Under the pieces are notes generated by a model that saw nothing but the letters and a program-made list of their open reading frames with translations, ran no database searches and was not told the DNA's origin. From NCBI GenBank assembly GCA_964647915.1, contig CAZYKA010000002.1, forward strand, positions 29,822-93,821: a stretch of DNA of 64,000 nt. The letters run 5' to 3'. Source of the stretch: an uncultured Ferruginibacter sp. (GTDB taxonomy: Bacteria; Bacteroidota; Bacteroidia; Chitinophagales; Chitinophagaceae). This document shows, piece by piece, positions 9,949 through 19,961 of the stretch (the first letter of the stretch is position 1; every line of letters starts with the position of its first letter). The translations under genes and the position numbers were made by a program.

Positions 9949-11478
9949 ATGAAATTTAAACAGATCCTTTTTACCATCCTGTTGAGTGGAATAACCACTG
10001 TTGCTGTAATATGGGGTTACGGCAAATGGGCATCCTCCAATCACACCTATGGTTTGCAGCAAAATGAAGCGACCCCCTCCAACTATCGTTTTGCCGGATT
10101 CAACGCAAGTGGGTTACCTCCCGGTGGCCCGGTTGATTTCACTCAGCCAGCGGCGGCTGCCATTCCCACGGTTGTTCATATTAAAACAAAAACGGACGCC
10201 AAACAGGTGAATGTGCAACGGCAAAGGCAGAATCCCTTTAGTGATTTTTTTGGGGATGACATGTTTGATCAGTTGTTTGGAGGAAACCGTGGATACATTC
10301 CGGAACAAAGGGCTTCCGGCTCGGGCGTAATTATCAGTGATGATGGTTATATTGTTACCAACAATCATGTGGTACAGGATGCGGATGAACTAACGGTTAC
10401 GTTAAGCGATAAACATACCTACAAAGCGAAAGTAATTGGTACGGATCCATCTTATGATCTTGCGGTTATTAAAATTGATGCAAAAAATCTCCCTTTCCTT
10501 TTATATGGAAACAGCGATGATGTAAAAATCGGACAATGGGTACTAGCCATTGGTTATCCTTTAAATCTGGAAACAACGGTTACCGCCGGTATTGTAAGTG
10601 CCAAAGCCCGCAGCCTGGGTTTAAATAAAGACCAGAGCGGAAATCCTACCGGTGGGGTTGAATCGTTTATTCAAACCGATGCAGCGGTTAATATGGGGAA
10701 CAGCGGAGGTGCATTGGTGAATACTGATGGCAGGTTAATTGGTGTCAATTCCGCCATTGCCTCACCCACAGGATATTACTCCGGATATTCGTACGCCATC
10801 CCGGTAAATATTGTAAAAAAAGTGGTGGATGATATCGTAAAATATGGAACCGTACAGCGTGGATTCATTGGAATTGCGTTTGGGAATGCAGGCGATATGA
10901 CCGACGATGCCAAAGCCAGATACCACATCCCATCTTCTGCATTTGATGGTATTTACGTTACCGATGTTCCTAAGGATGGCGGGGCATATGGTGCAGGTAT
11001 TGAAGTGGGCGACCGCATCAATAAAATCAATGGGGTGGCAATTAACAGCGGTGGAGAATTGCAGGAACAAGTTAGCCGGTACCGCCCTGGCGATAAAGTA
11101 ACGGTTGAATATACACGAAATGGAAATAATCGGTCAGCCGTGGTTACCCTGAAAAATAAAGCAGGAAATTACAACCTGGTAAAAAACGATGAAGCAACTG
11201 ATCTTTTGGGCGCCGATTTTGTAACACTGGATGCCAAAAAATCAAAGGACCTGGGCATTACCGGTGGTGTCTATGTAAAGAAAATTAAAAAGGGTGCTAT
11301 TTTCGATCAAACGCGGATGAAAGACGGGTTTGTAATTATGAAAGTTGACGGGAAAGAAGTTAGATCTTTGGAAGATCTCCGCACTGCTATTGGCGCAAAA
11401 AAGAATATAAATCTCAGCGGTTTCTACCCGGGGTACGATGCTATCTATGAATACCCGATAAACCTCGCAGCAGAATAA
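9949..11478 (+). CDS. degP: DegP/DegQ (HtrA, Do) serine protease with PDZ domains
   Basis: TNNHVV, DLAVIK, GNSGGAL catalytic triad motifs; two PDZ-like regions; N-terminal anchor. Confidence 0.95.
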   Translation: MKFKQILFTILLSGITTVAVIWGYGKWASSNHTYGLQQNEATPSNYRFAGFNASGLPPGGPVDFTQPAAAAIPTVVHIKTKTDAKQVNVQRQRQNPFSDFFGDDMFDQLFGGNRGYIPEQRASGSGVIISDDGYIVTNNHVVQDADELTVTLSDKHTYKAKVIGTDPSYDLAVIKIDAKNLPFLLYGNSDDVKIGQWVLAIGYPLNLETTVTAGIVSAKARSLGLNKDQSGNPTGGVESFIQTDAAVNMGNSGGALVNTDGRLIGVNSAIASPTGYYSGYSYAIPVNIVKKVVDDIVKYGTVQRGFIGIAFGNAGDMTDDAKARYHIPSSAFDGIYVTDVPKDGGAYGAGIEVGDRINKINGVAINSGGELQEQVSRYRPGDKVTVEYTRNGNNRSAVVTLKNKAGNYNLVKNDEATDLLGADFVTLDAKKSKDLGITGGVYVKKIKKGAIFDQTRMKDGFVIMKVDGKEVRSLEDLRTAIGAKKNINLSGFYPGYDAIYEYPINLAAE

Positions 11479-11502
11479 ATCAAAATACTTATTATTAAAT
11501 AT

Positions 11503-11528
11503 AAGGCAGTTCTTCAACTGCCTTTTTT
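11503..11528 (+). terminator. Intrinsic terminator after degP
   Basis: AAGGCAGTT-cttc-AACTGCCTT-TTTT. Confidence 0.9.
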
Positions 11529-11747
11529 AGTTCCTTTTAGGCAGAAACTACCAATTTAGCAATGGAAATAGAATCTAAAAAATTCCCTGCTAAATCAAAA
11601 CGAATGTCCCAGCGTAAAATTTTGAATATTTAGCGTATTAGCGCAAAAGAAATAAATCGCTTATACGCCACATTATCAAAGAAACCTCTGCCAGGGTAGG
11701 AATTATATCTTTACCTCAAATCCCGGCCAGCCTGTTTCTACAAATCT

Positions 11748-12416
11748 TTAAAATCCTTCCTTCACAATAGCTTCTTCAGAAACTCCCAGAGATGCCAGGT
11801 GTTTTCCAACTGCATCCATCATAGGCGGAGGGCCACAGAGATAGAAATACTTCAAGTTTCCATCCATGTGCTTTTTGATGGTGTCGGGAGAAATAAATCC
11901 ATGCTCATACCCGGGAAATTGTTCATCAGAAAGGACATTAATAAAATTCTTTCCTAATAATTTGCCCAATTTTTCTTCCTGTATAATATCCCCCTTCGTT
12001 TTATTTGCAAAGATCAATTTGTTATTTCCTAACTGATTATTCTTTTCAAGATGTTTCAATATAGCAATAAACGGAGTAATACCTGCACCCCCTGCGATGA
12101 AAATCCCCTCTCCCTTATATTTAATATCGCCATATACATCCCCAATTACCAATTCATCTCCACTTGACAAGGAAAGCAATTGATTGGTTACACCGTTGTG
12201 TGAAGGGTAGGTTTTAATATTAAACTCAATATGGTCATCATCCGGAAGTGAAGTGAATGTAAATGACCTCCATTCCTTTTCCCATCCAGGTTTATTGATT
12301 GCGACATCCACTGCCTGACCAGGGAGGTACGAAAGGTTCACCGGCCTATCCGCAACAATTTTCAGAACATCGTGTGTCAGATGTTCAATTGATTTAATTT
12401 TTACAATTTGTGCCAT
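11748..12416 (-). CDS. FAD/NAD(P)-binding oxidoreductase (flavodoxin/ferredoxin reductase-like)
   Basis: RSFTFTS (RxYS-like FAD motif), GVT, IAGGAGITPF, YLCGPPPMM, C-terminal EGF. Confidence 0.9.
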   Translation of the reverse strand: MAQIVKIKSIEHLTHDVLKIVADRPVNLSYLPGQAVDVAINKPGWEKEWRSFTFTSLPDDDHIEFNIKTYPSHNGVTNQLLSLSSGDELVIGDVYGDIKYKGEGIFIAGGAGITPFIAILKHLEKNNQLGNNKLIFANKTKGDIIQEEKLGKLLGKNFINVLSDEQFPGYEHGFISPDTIKKHMDGNLKYFYLCGPPPMMDAVGKHLASLGVSEEAIVKEGF

Positions 12417-12642
12417 CCATTAATAGTTTTACTGTAAAAGAAAAAAAGTAAATCAAAATATCACTAAAACCTGGTCCGCAGGCGTGCGAAAACCTATAGC
12501 AACACTGATATTTTCATATTACACATGAATAATATAACAACCAAACCAATTTATTGTTGCAACATATTTTACAAAGAAAAAACGCAGCAACCGGGAATAT
12601 AAAAAGAGTATTCATCCCCTTGTTCACAAACAAAGAAGGATT

Positions 12643-14250
12643 TTAAGCCATTGCATTTTCGGGTATTCCCCATTTTTCCATATTCGAATTAGTAAAATCC
12701 AGTTTGTACTTTTCAGGAATTTCGCCATTCAGCATTGAGCCCACTTTGATCGATGGAAAAATCTCTTCGTATGTTAGCATTTGATTTAATGAAACCCTCC
12801 TGTAAATGTGGGAACGGGTAATATTCTTCATATCATCCAGCCCCGAAGCTCCAAGGAGTTCAACAAAGTTCTCGATCGTGCCTTTATGATAATTGGCTAC
12901 CCGAACTTTTTTATCTTCAACAACCAAGCCTACTGTGAGTTGCGGGTCCTGGGTAGTTATTCCCGTTGGGCATTTATTGGTGTTACAAAGTAATGCCTGG
13001 ATGCATCCCAGTGCCATCATCATTGCCCTTGCCGAATTGCAGGTATCTGCCCCGAGGGCCATGGCACGCGCAATATGAAATGCAGATGTAATTTTTCCGG
13101 AAGCTATTAGCCGGATATGCTTACGAATATCCAATCCGTTTAAAATATTATGCACAAAGGCCAATCCATCTAACATAGGCGCACCCAGGTAATTCGAGAA
13201 CTCCGGAGGAGCCGCTCCCGTTCCTCCTTCACCACCATCCACCGTAATGAAATCGGGATAAATATCCAAATGTATCATTGCTTTACAAATGGAGATAAAC
13301 TCACTTTTATGGCCGATACATAATTTAAAGCCTACCGGTTTTCCTCCTGAAAGCTCTCTGAGTTTGGCAATAAACTTTACCATCTCAAGCGGATTGTTAA
13401 ACGCAGAATGAAAAGGAGGTGAAATTATTTTAGTATGAGGTTCAACGTGTCTGATTTTGGCAATTTCTTCACTATTCTTAGAAGCTGGAAGTATCCCTCC
13501 ATGTCCAGGTTTTGCCCCTTGTGAAATTTTAAGTTCAATCATTTTCACATTCGGGTTTTTGGATTTTTCTGCAAACAAATCCGCATTAAAATTCCCTTCT
13601 GCATCCCGGCATCCAAAATAACCGGTACCAATTTGCCAGATCAGGTCGCCTCCATGCATTAAATGATAATGACTTAATCCCCCCTCTCCCGTGTTATGTG
13701 CAAACCCGCCAATTTTTGCACCTGCGTTCAGTGCTTCCACTGCCTGCGAACTCAGGGATCCGTAACTCATGGCAGAAACATTAAAGATGCTGGCAGAGTA
13801 GGGTTGCGTACAATCTTTGTTTCCAAAAATTATTCTTGGATTGTGATTAAGCGTACTGAATGCTTTTGGAGCCATTGAATGACACATCCATTCGTATCCT
13901 TCTGCATAAACATCCAGTTGAGTACCGAATGGAATCGTTTCCAGTTCTTTTTTTGCCCGTTGGTAAATGGTGGACCGATCTACCCGGTTTACCGGCCGTC
14001 CATCAATATCAGATTCGATAAAATACTGGTACATTTTCGGGCGTAACTCTTCTAAAACATATCGCAGGCGCCCTACCAACGGAAATATCCTCCGTACGGC
14101 ATGCTTTTTTTGGAGCATATCCTGGTACCCCATTAATGTCAGGATAAGAAAAATCCCAAATATGACATACCAGTTGGGGTTTAAGAAAATTGAAAGTGCC
14201 AGTGTAATCAATAAAACTACGGAAGAAATAACCACAAACTTTATTCGCAT
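12643..14250 (-). CDS. Membrane-anchored FMN-binding glutamate synthase family protein (YerD-like)
   Basis: Two N-terminal TM helices; SAMSYGSLS, NTGEGG, EIK-type SQGAKPGHGG, DGGEGGTGAAP, CIQALLCNTNKC [3Fe-4S] motif; no amidotransferase domain. Confidence 0.92.
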   Translation of the reverse strand: MRIKFVVISSVVLLITLALSIFLNPNWYVIFGIFLILTLMGYQDMLQKKHAVRRIFPLVGRLRYVLEELRPKMYQYFIESDIDGRPVNRVDRSTIYQRAKKELETIPFGTQLDVYAEGYEWMCHSMAPKAFSTLNHNPRIIFGNKDCTQPYSASIFNVSAMSYGSLSSQAVEALNAGAKIGGFAHNTGEGGLSHYHLMHGGDLIWQIGTGYFGCRDAEGNFNADLFAEKSKNPNVKMIELKISQGAKPGHGGILPASKNSEEIAKIRHVEPHTKIISPPFHSAFNNPLEMVKFIAKLRELSGGKPVGFKLCIGHKSEFISICKAMIHLDIYPDFITVDGGEGGTGAAPPEFSNYLGAPMLDGLAFVHNILNGLDIRKHIRLIASGKITSAFHIARAMALGADTCNSARAMMMALGCIQALLCNTNKCPTGITTQDPQLTVGLVVEDKKVRVANYHKGTIENFVELLGASGLDDMKNITRSHIYRRVSLNQMLTYEEIFPSIKVGSMLNGEIPEKYKLDFTNSNMEKWGIPENAMA

Positions 14251-14323
14251 ACCGAAAGGTTTTCAAATCAAAAATTGAAATTAGGCAGATTGTTTACCAA
14301 ACCTAAGCAATCTTTTGGAAACT

Positions 14324-14677
14324 TTATTTCATCGATTCGATTACCGATTTGATTACCACGGCCTGATTATGTGCTTCATCTTTTGCGCCGTATAAAATGC
14401 ATACTTTCTTTTGTGTGGATAGTTCCCGGATTCGCTCCAAGGTTGCATAATTACTTTTCAGTTCCTTCTTATACCGGGATGCAAACTCAGAAAATCGCTC
14501 CGGCAGGTGGCCAAACCATTTTCTCAATTCATTCGAAGGGCCCAATTCTTTATCCCATTCATCCAGCCTGGCCTCGTCTTTACTAATTCCTCGTGGCCAT
14601 ATCCGGTCTACAAGAATCCGGTAACCGTCATCTTTTGCAGGTTTTTCATAAATACGTTTAATGAATAATCCTTTCAT
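14324..14677 (-). CDS. DUF488 family protein (YeaO-like)
   Basis: IKRIYE...DDGYRILVDRIWPRGISK, PSNELRKWFGH, HNQAVV. Confidence 0.92.
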   Translation of the reverse strand: MKGLFIKRIYEKPAKDDGYRILVDRIWPRGISKDEARLDEWDKELGPSNELRKWFGHLPERFSEFASRYKKELKSNYATLERIRELSTQKKVCILYGAKDEAHNQAVVIKSVIESMK

Positions 14678-14796
14678 GTTCTAAAAATTAAATTGAATGG
14701 GAAACACTAACAGCAACCTGACATTCGAAATTCTCACCATCCTAACCCTGCAAAATCAGGGAGGAGGAAAAATAATAAATAGCCTATCCGATACCG

Positions 14797-17574
14797 TTAG
14801 TTGTCTTTTAAATAATTCCTAAGTACATACTGCAGGATCCCGTTATTCTTAAAATATTCAATTTCGATGGCAGAATCAAGCCTGGCTTTTACTTTAAAAA
14901 TTGTTTCCTTTCCGGAAGGATGGACCGCTTTAACATCCAGCAATTTATGAGGTGCCAGGTTATTGGCAATCCCGGAAATGCTAAATGTTTCCGAGCCATC
15001 TAAACCCAATTCTTCTGCGCTTTCTCCATTAACAAAAACCAGTGGTGCAACGCCCATTCCTACCAGGTTACTTCGGTGAATTCGTTCAAAACTTTCAGCA
15101 ATTACCGCTTTCACTCCCAACAAGTAGGTGCCCTTTGCGGCCCAGTCGCGAGAAGACCCGGAGCCATATTCTTTCCCTGCAAGAATAATCAACGGAGTCT
15201 GGTCCTTTTGATAAGCCATAGCCGTATCAAAAACCGTTTTAACTTCATGGGTTGGGAAGTACCGGCTGAATCCTCCTTCTTTATCGGTAATTTTATTCTT
15301 TATTCTGACATTTGCAAAGGTACCGCGCATCATTACTTCGTGGTTTCCTCTTCGGGAGCCGTAGGAATTGAATGCCGGTTTTTCCACTCCTTTCGATTTC
15401 AGGTACTGGCCTGCTGCACTATCTTCTTTAAAGGAGCCTGCAGGAGAAATATGGTCGGTGGTAACCGAATCGCCCAAATATAACAACACCCGGGCATTGC
15501 TTATGTCGGTAACAGGTTGGGGTGTAGCTTCCAGGTTTTCAAAAAAAGGAGCTTCCCTAATATAGGTTGAGTTTGGATTCCATTCGTACTTCTGATCCAG
15601 GCTCACTTCTAAATTTTTCCAATCATCAGATCCTTCAAAAATCACATCATATACTTCTTTAAAATCGTCCTGTTTCACGCATTCATTAATAGTTTGTTGA
15701 ATTTCATCCCGGGAAGGCCAAATTTCTTTAAGATACACCGGGTTACCATTCGGATCGTAAGATAACGGATCATTCAACAAATCCACATCAACGCGGCCAA
15801 CCAGCGCATACGCTACCACCAGCATGGGCGACATAAGGAAATTCATCTTGGTTTGAGGATGCACCCGGGCTTCAAAATTCCGGTTACCGGAGAGTACTGA
15901 GGCTACCACCAGTTCGCCCTTATCCACAGCTTCCGCAATATGATTGGGAAGGGGCCCGGAATTTCCAATACAAGAAGTGCACCCATATCCCACCGTATGA
16001 AATCGAAGGGCATTAAGGTCTTCGTTCAATCCCGAACGTTCGAGATATTGGGTAACCACTTTGGAACCCGGAGCCAAAGAAGTCTTAACCCATGATTTGG
16101 TGCGAAGCCCGCGTGCCACTGCTTTTCTGGCCACTAACCCGGCTCCAATCATTACGGCGGGATTGGATGTATTAGTACAACTTGTGATAGCTGCAATAGC
16201 AATGCATCCATCACTCAGGATAAACTCCTGATTTCGGTATTTAATACGAACTGAATGCAATGCATCTTTCACAATTTCAGAAGGTATGGTATGCCCTTCC
16301 TTGGGTACTTTTCCGAATGTGAATTCCGTACCGGAACCACCTTCTGCAAGCCAGGAAGATTCTTTGCGATCATCAACGCCTTTGTAATCGCGTTGATATT
16401 CTTTGTGCAACAGATCGGCAAATTTATTACCCAGGTCTTTAACCAGGATTTTGTCTTGCGGGCGTTTTGGCCCCGATACAGTGGGTTCTAAGGTTGATAA
16501 ATCGAACTCTACCACCGATGAGTAGTGAATATTTTCCTTCCCTGTACGCCATAACAAGTTCTCTTTGCAATAGGTTTCTACAATTTTAATTTGTTCGGAA
16601 GAACGGTTGGTGGCATGCATATACTCGAGCGTGCGTTCATCCACCGGAAAATAAGTTACCGTGCAACCAAACTCGGGCGACATATTACCAATAGTAGCTC
16701 TATCCGTAACCGTTAGATTATCTAACCCGTCCCCAAAAACTTCTACAAATTTTCCTACCACGCCTTTATCCCTCAGTACTTTAGTAATAGATAATACCAG
16801 ATCGGTGGCGGTACATTCATTGGGAATTTTCCCCGAAAGTTTAAGGCCAATAACCTCGGGGCAGGTAAAGAAAATCGGCTGGCCTAACATGGCGGCTTCG
16901 GCCTCAATCCCGCCTACGCCCCAGGCAATGACCCCAATACCATTTACCATTGGGGTGTGCGAATCAGTACCTACCAGGGTATCCGGAAAAAGCCATCCAT
17001 CCCGGTTTGCAATTCCGGTAGCCAAATACTCGAGGTTTACCTGGTGGCAAATTCCCATACCGGGGGGCACCACGGTAAAATTCTTTAATCCTTTTTGAGC
17101 CCACTTCAGCAACTCATACCGTTCTTTATTTCGTTCATATTCCAATTCTACGTTTTTATCGTAGGCATAATCCGTTCCATAAAAATCAACCTGAACCGAA
17201 TGGTCGATCACCAAATCCACCGGAATTGCCGGATTTATCCTTTGCCCGTCTTTTCCATGCCGTACAAATTCTGCACGCAGGGAGGCCATATCCACAACGG
17301 CAGGTACTCCCGTAAAATCCTGCATCAATATCCGAGCAGGCATGAAGGGGATATCTTTATCCGGTGGGTTGGGCAACCAGTTTAAAAGAGTTTGAACATG
17401 CTCATCGGTAATACTAAATCCATCATAATTCCTCAATACATTCTCCAATAAAATCCGGATGCTAAAAGGCAGGTGATCAACCCTTCCCTTTCCCAAATCC
17501 TTTAAAGAGGAATATTGATAGCCTTTACTCCCAATACTAATTTTTTGAACTGATTTTGCTTTTTCGAAACTCAT
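14797..17574 (-). CDS. acnA: Aconitate hydratase A (IRP-like)
   Basis: QDFTGVP, DHSVQVD, GTDSHT, AITSCTNTSNP, GYGCTSCIGN, TTDHISPAG, YGSGSSRDWAAKG. Confidence 0.98.
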   Translation of the reverse strand: MSFEKAKSVQKISIGSKGYQYSSLKDLGKGRVDHLPFSIRILLENVLRNYDGFSITDEHVQTLLNWLPNPPDKDIPFMPARILMQDFTGVPAVVDMASLRAEFVRHGKDGQRINPAIPVDLVIDHSVQVDFYGTDYAYDKNVELEYERNKERYELLKWAQKGLKNFTVVPPGMGICHQVNLEYLATGIANRDGWLFPDTLVGTDSHTPMVNGIGVIAWGVGGIEAEAAMLGQPIFFTCPEVIGLKLSGKIPNECTATDLVLSITKVLRDKGVVGKFVEVFGDGLDNLTVTDRATIGNMSPEFGCTVTYFPVDERTLEYMHATNRSSEQIKIVETYCKENLLWRTGKENIHYSSVVEFDLSTLEPTVSGPKRPQDKILVKDLGNKFADLLHKEYQRDYKGVDDRKESSWLAEGGSGTEFTFGKVPKEGHTIPSEIVKDALHSVRIKYRNQEFILSDGCIAIAAITSCTNTSNPAVMIGAGLVARKAVARGLRTKSWVKTSLAPGSKVVTQYLERSGLNEDLNALRFHTVGYGCTSCIGNSGPLPNHIAEAVDKGELVVASVLSGNRNFEARVHPQTKMNFLMSPMLVVAYALVGRVDVDLLNDPLSYDPNGNPVYLKEIWPSRDEIQQTINECVKQDDFKEVYDVIFEGSDDWKNLEVSLDQKYEWNPNSTYIREAPFFENLEATPQPVTDISNARVLLYLGDSVTTDHISPAGSFKEDSAAGQYLKSKGVEKPAFNSYGSRRGNHEVMMRGTFANVRIKNKITDKEGGFSRYFPTHEVKTVFDTAMAYQKDQTPLIILAGKEYGSGSSRDWAAKGTYLLGVKAVIAESFERIHRSNLVGMGVAPLVFVNGESAEELGLDGSETFSISGIANNLAPHKLLDVKAVHPSGKETIFKVKARLDSAIEIEYFKNNGILQYVLRNYLKDN

Positions 17575-17928
17575 AAGATTAATTCAATTGGATGATGATA
17601 GGTTTAGATAGAACAGAGAAACCCGGTAATTTGTTGATTCTGAAAGAAAATTATAGTCAACCTAATGCTTTACCCAATTTCAAATTAAATGTACGACAGA
17701 AAAACGGGGTGGCTCCTTTCAATCATTGAAAAGCCTTAAAAAGTCAAATAGAGGAAAATTTTATCCTAACAAATTGCACAATCCGTAATTTTCCTCTGTA
17801 CTCTTTTCATCCTTTTGGGAAAAGAAACATAGGGTCTGGCCCTAATAACGAATTCCAATTTTTCCAGAACCATTTGGGATTTGAAACTCCTAAATCCGAC
17901 TGGCCAAATAATTATAACTTTGCGGCCG

Positions 17929-19161
17929 ATGAAGCAATTTACCATTCCATTTACCTATCGTAGCCCTCTAATTGCCGCCATAAAGAATAAGCGAAAAGAG
18001 CTGGATAAGATGAAGAAAGACTTTACCCCTACCCTCCTCGACCTTGGGCCCCTGAAAATTTACCTGGCCAGGCATTTTGGATTTTGCTATGGAGTGGAAA
18101 ATGCGATTGAGATTGCTTTTAAAACCATTGATGAGAACCCGGGTAAAAATATTTATCTTCTAAGCGAGATGATCCACAACCCCAAAGTGAATCTTGACCT
18201 GCTTAAAAGGGGAGTGAAATTTTTGCAGGAAACTTCGGGAAAACAGATTATTCCCTTTGAATCCCTTTCAAAGGATGATATCGTTTTAATCCCCGCTTTT
18301 GGCACAACGCTGAATATTGAATCAAAACTCAGGGCAATTGGGATTGAAGTAGAGAAATTTAATACCACCTGCCCTTTTGTAGAACGGGTTTGGAACCGGA
18401 GTGAACAAATTTCCAAAAAGAACTATACCGTGATTCTGCACGGTAAGCCTGCCCACGAAGAAACCAGGGCCACTTTTTCTCATGCGGCGGCCAACACGCC
18501 TACCTTAATTATCAGGGATATGGACGAAGCAATTCAACTTAAACCCTTTCTGGAGAAAAAGAAATCAACGGAAGAATTTTTTACCGAATTTAAGGGTCGA
18601 TTCTCTGCAGGATTTAACCCGGAAAAAGACCTCGATAGAATTGGTGTGGTGAATCAGACCACCATGCTGGCAAGTGATACGCAAGCCATTGCAGACTACC
18701 TAAAGAATGTAATGATTGGGCATTACCAGCTAAATGAACAGAATCTGGAACAACGGTTTGCAGATACCCGGGATACACTATGCTATGCCACAAACGATAA
18801 TCAAACTTCCGTATATGGATTGCTGGAGCAATCTGCCGATCTGGCCATTGTGGTAGGAGGCTATAACAGCAGTAACACATCGCACCTTGTTGAACTTTGT
18901 GAGGAAAAATCGGATACCTATTTTATTAACAATGCAGATAAAATAAACAAGGAAAACAGCATCTCACATTTCAACATTCACAAACGGGAAGAAGTATTCA
19001 CAAATCATTTTATTCCCAACAAAGAACCTGTTTCTATCTTAATCACCAGTGGAGCAAGCTGTCCGGACGCCATGGTAGAAGAAGTGATTGTTAAACTTGC
19101 CGAAATGCGATCATCGGCGGCGGCCCTGGAAAGGATAAAACAGGAAATGGCAGAAAGTTGA
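17929..19161 (+). CDS. ispH: 4-hydroxy-3-methylbut-2-enyl diphosphate reductase
   Basis: GFCYGV, TTCPFV, TLCYAT (3 Cys), NQTT, SSNTSHL, TSGASCP; start at MKQF just after a TAACTTTG box (17915-17922). Confidence 0.96.
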   Translation: MKQFTIPFTYRSPLIAAIKNKRKELDKMKKDFTPTLLDLGPLKIYLARHFGFCYGVENAIEIAFKTIDENPGKNIYLLSEMIHNPKVNLDLLKRGVKFLQETSGKQIIPFESLSKDDIVLIPAFGTTLNIESKLRAIGIEVEKFNTTCPFVERVWNRSEQISKKNYTVILHGKPAHEETRATFSHAAANTPTLIIRDMDEAIQLKPFLEKKKSTEEFFTEFKGRFSAGFNPEKDLDRIGVVNQTTMLASDTQAIADYLKNVMIGHYQLNEQNLEQRFADTRDTLCYATNDNQTSVYGLLEQSADLAIVVGGYNSSNTSHLVELCEEKSDTYFINNADKINKENSISHFNIHKREEVFTNHFIPNKEPVSILITSGASCPDAMVEEVIVKLAEMRSSAAALERIKQEMAES

Positions 19162-19256
19162 TTGAATGGGTTTATGGTTATTTTCAATGAATGGCCAGGG
19201 GAACTATACGCAGGAAATCTTGTTGTTTAATATTCAGCATTAAATCCAGTTAAAAA

Positions 19257-19889
19257 TTGAACTTTCTGCGGAACCATTGGTACGACATCGGAGGTTTGCT
19301 GGCGGTTGCCACCCTTCTTTATGTTGGAATAAACTTTCAGTTCTTTTCGGATTATCAATTGCTGATGTGGCTGAGTTTGGCCTCTTTATTCCTTCATCAA
19401 TTAGAAGAATATAGAATACCAGGCACCTTTCCGGGAATGATTAACCGGGTAATGTTTAACAGTAAGCTTCCCAATAAATATCCGTTAAATTCAAATACCT
19501 CATTAATAATAAATGTAGGGTTGGGCTGGGTAATCTATTTTTTAGCGGCGGTGGCAGGAGAAAATTATCCCTGGCTTGGAATTACCTCAATCCTGATTTC
19601 ATTCGGTAATATTATAGCCCATACTTTTATTTTCAATATCAGGGGAAAAACAATTTACAATGCGGGCTTGGTTTCCTGCTGGTTGTTCTTTGCACCAGTT
19701 GTTTACTATTTCGTTCGGCTCGTTGCAGAAGGAAATGTTGCTACAACCCTCGATTACTTCATAGGGATTCCCCTCGGAGTTTTAATTAATGTTTTCGGTG
19801 TATTCAAATTAATTTCCTGGCTTGCCGATAAAAACACCATATTTACTTTCTTGCCCAGAAACCTCCTGTTGGCCGACAGAAAAGGGTAA
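19257..19889 (+). CDS. HXXEE domain membrane protein
   Basis: LHQLEEY motif, multiple TM helices, IAH...YNAG; TTG start. Confidence 0.85.
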   Translation: MNFLRNHWYDIGGLLAVATLLYVGINFQFFSDYQLLMWLSLASLFLHQLEEYRIPGTFPGMINRVMFNSKLPNKYPLNSNTSLIINVGLGWVIYFLAAVAGENYPWLGITSILISFGNIIAHTFIFNIRGKTIYNAGLVSCWLFFAPVVYYFVRLVAEGNVATTLDYFIGIPLGVLINVFGVFKLISWLADKNTIFTFLPRNLLLADRKG

Positions 19890-19961
19890 AAATCAATTTC
19901 GCACCCCGATATCTTTTCACAAATAAAAAAAGAAAGGCGGGATATAAAAATTCGGAGAATT

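Noticed and set aside
12496..12512. Iron-responsive element (CAGUGU on minus strand near acnA cluster)
   Set aside because: Flanks do not form the 5-bp upper stem with a bulged C required of an IRE.
11530..17880. acnA cluster as a mobile element
   Set aside because: No integrase, transposase, tRNA target or terminal repeats; acnA shares the host CCGG signature.
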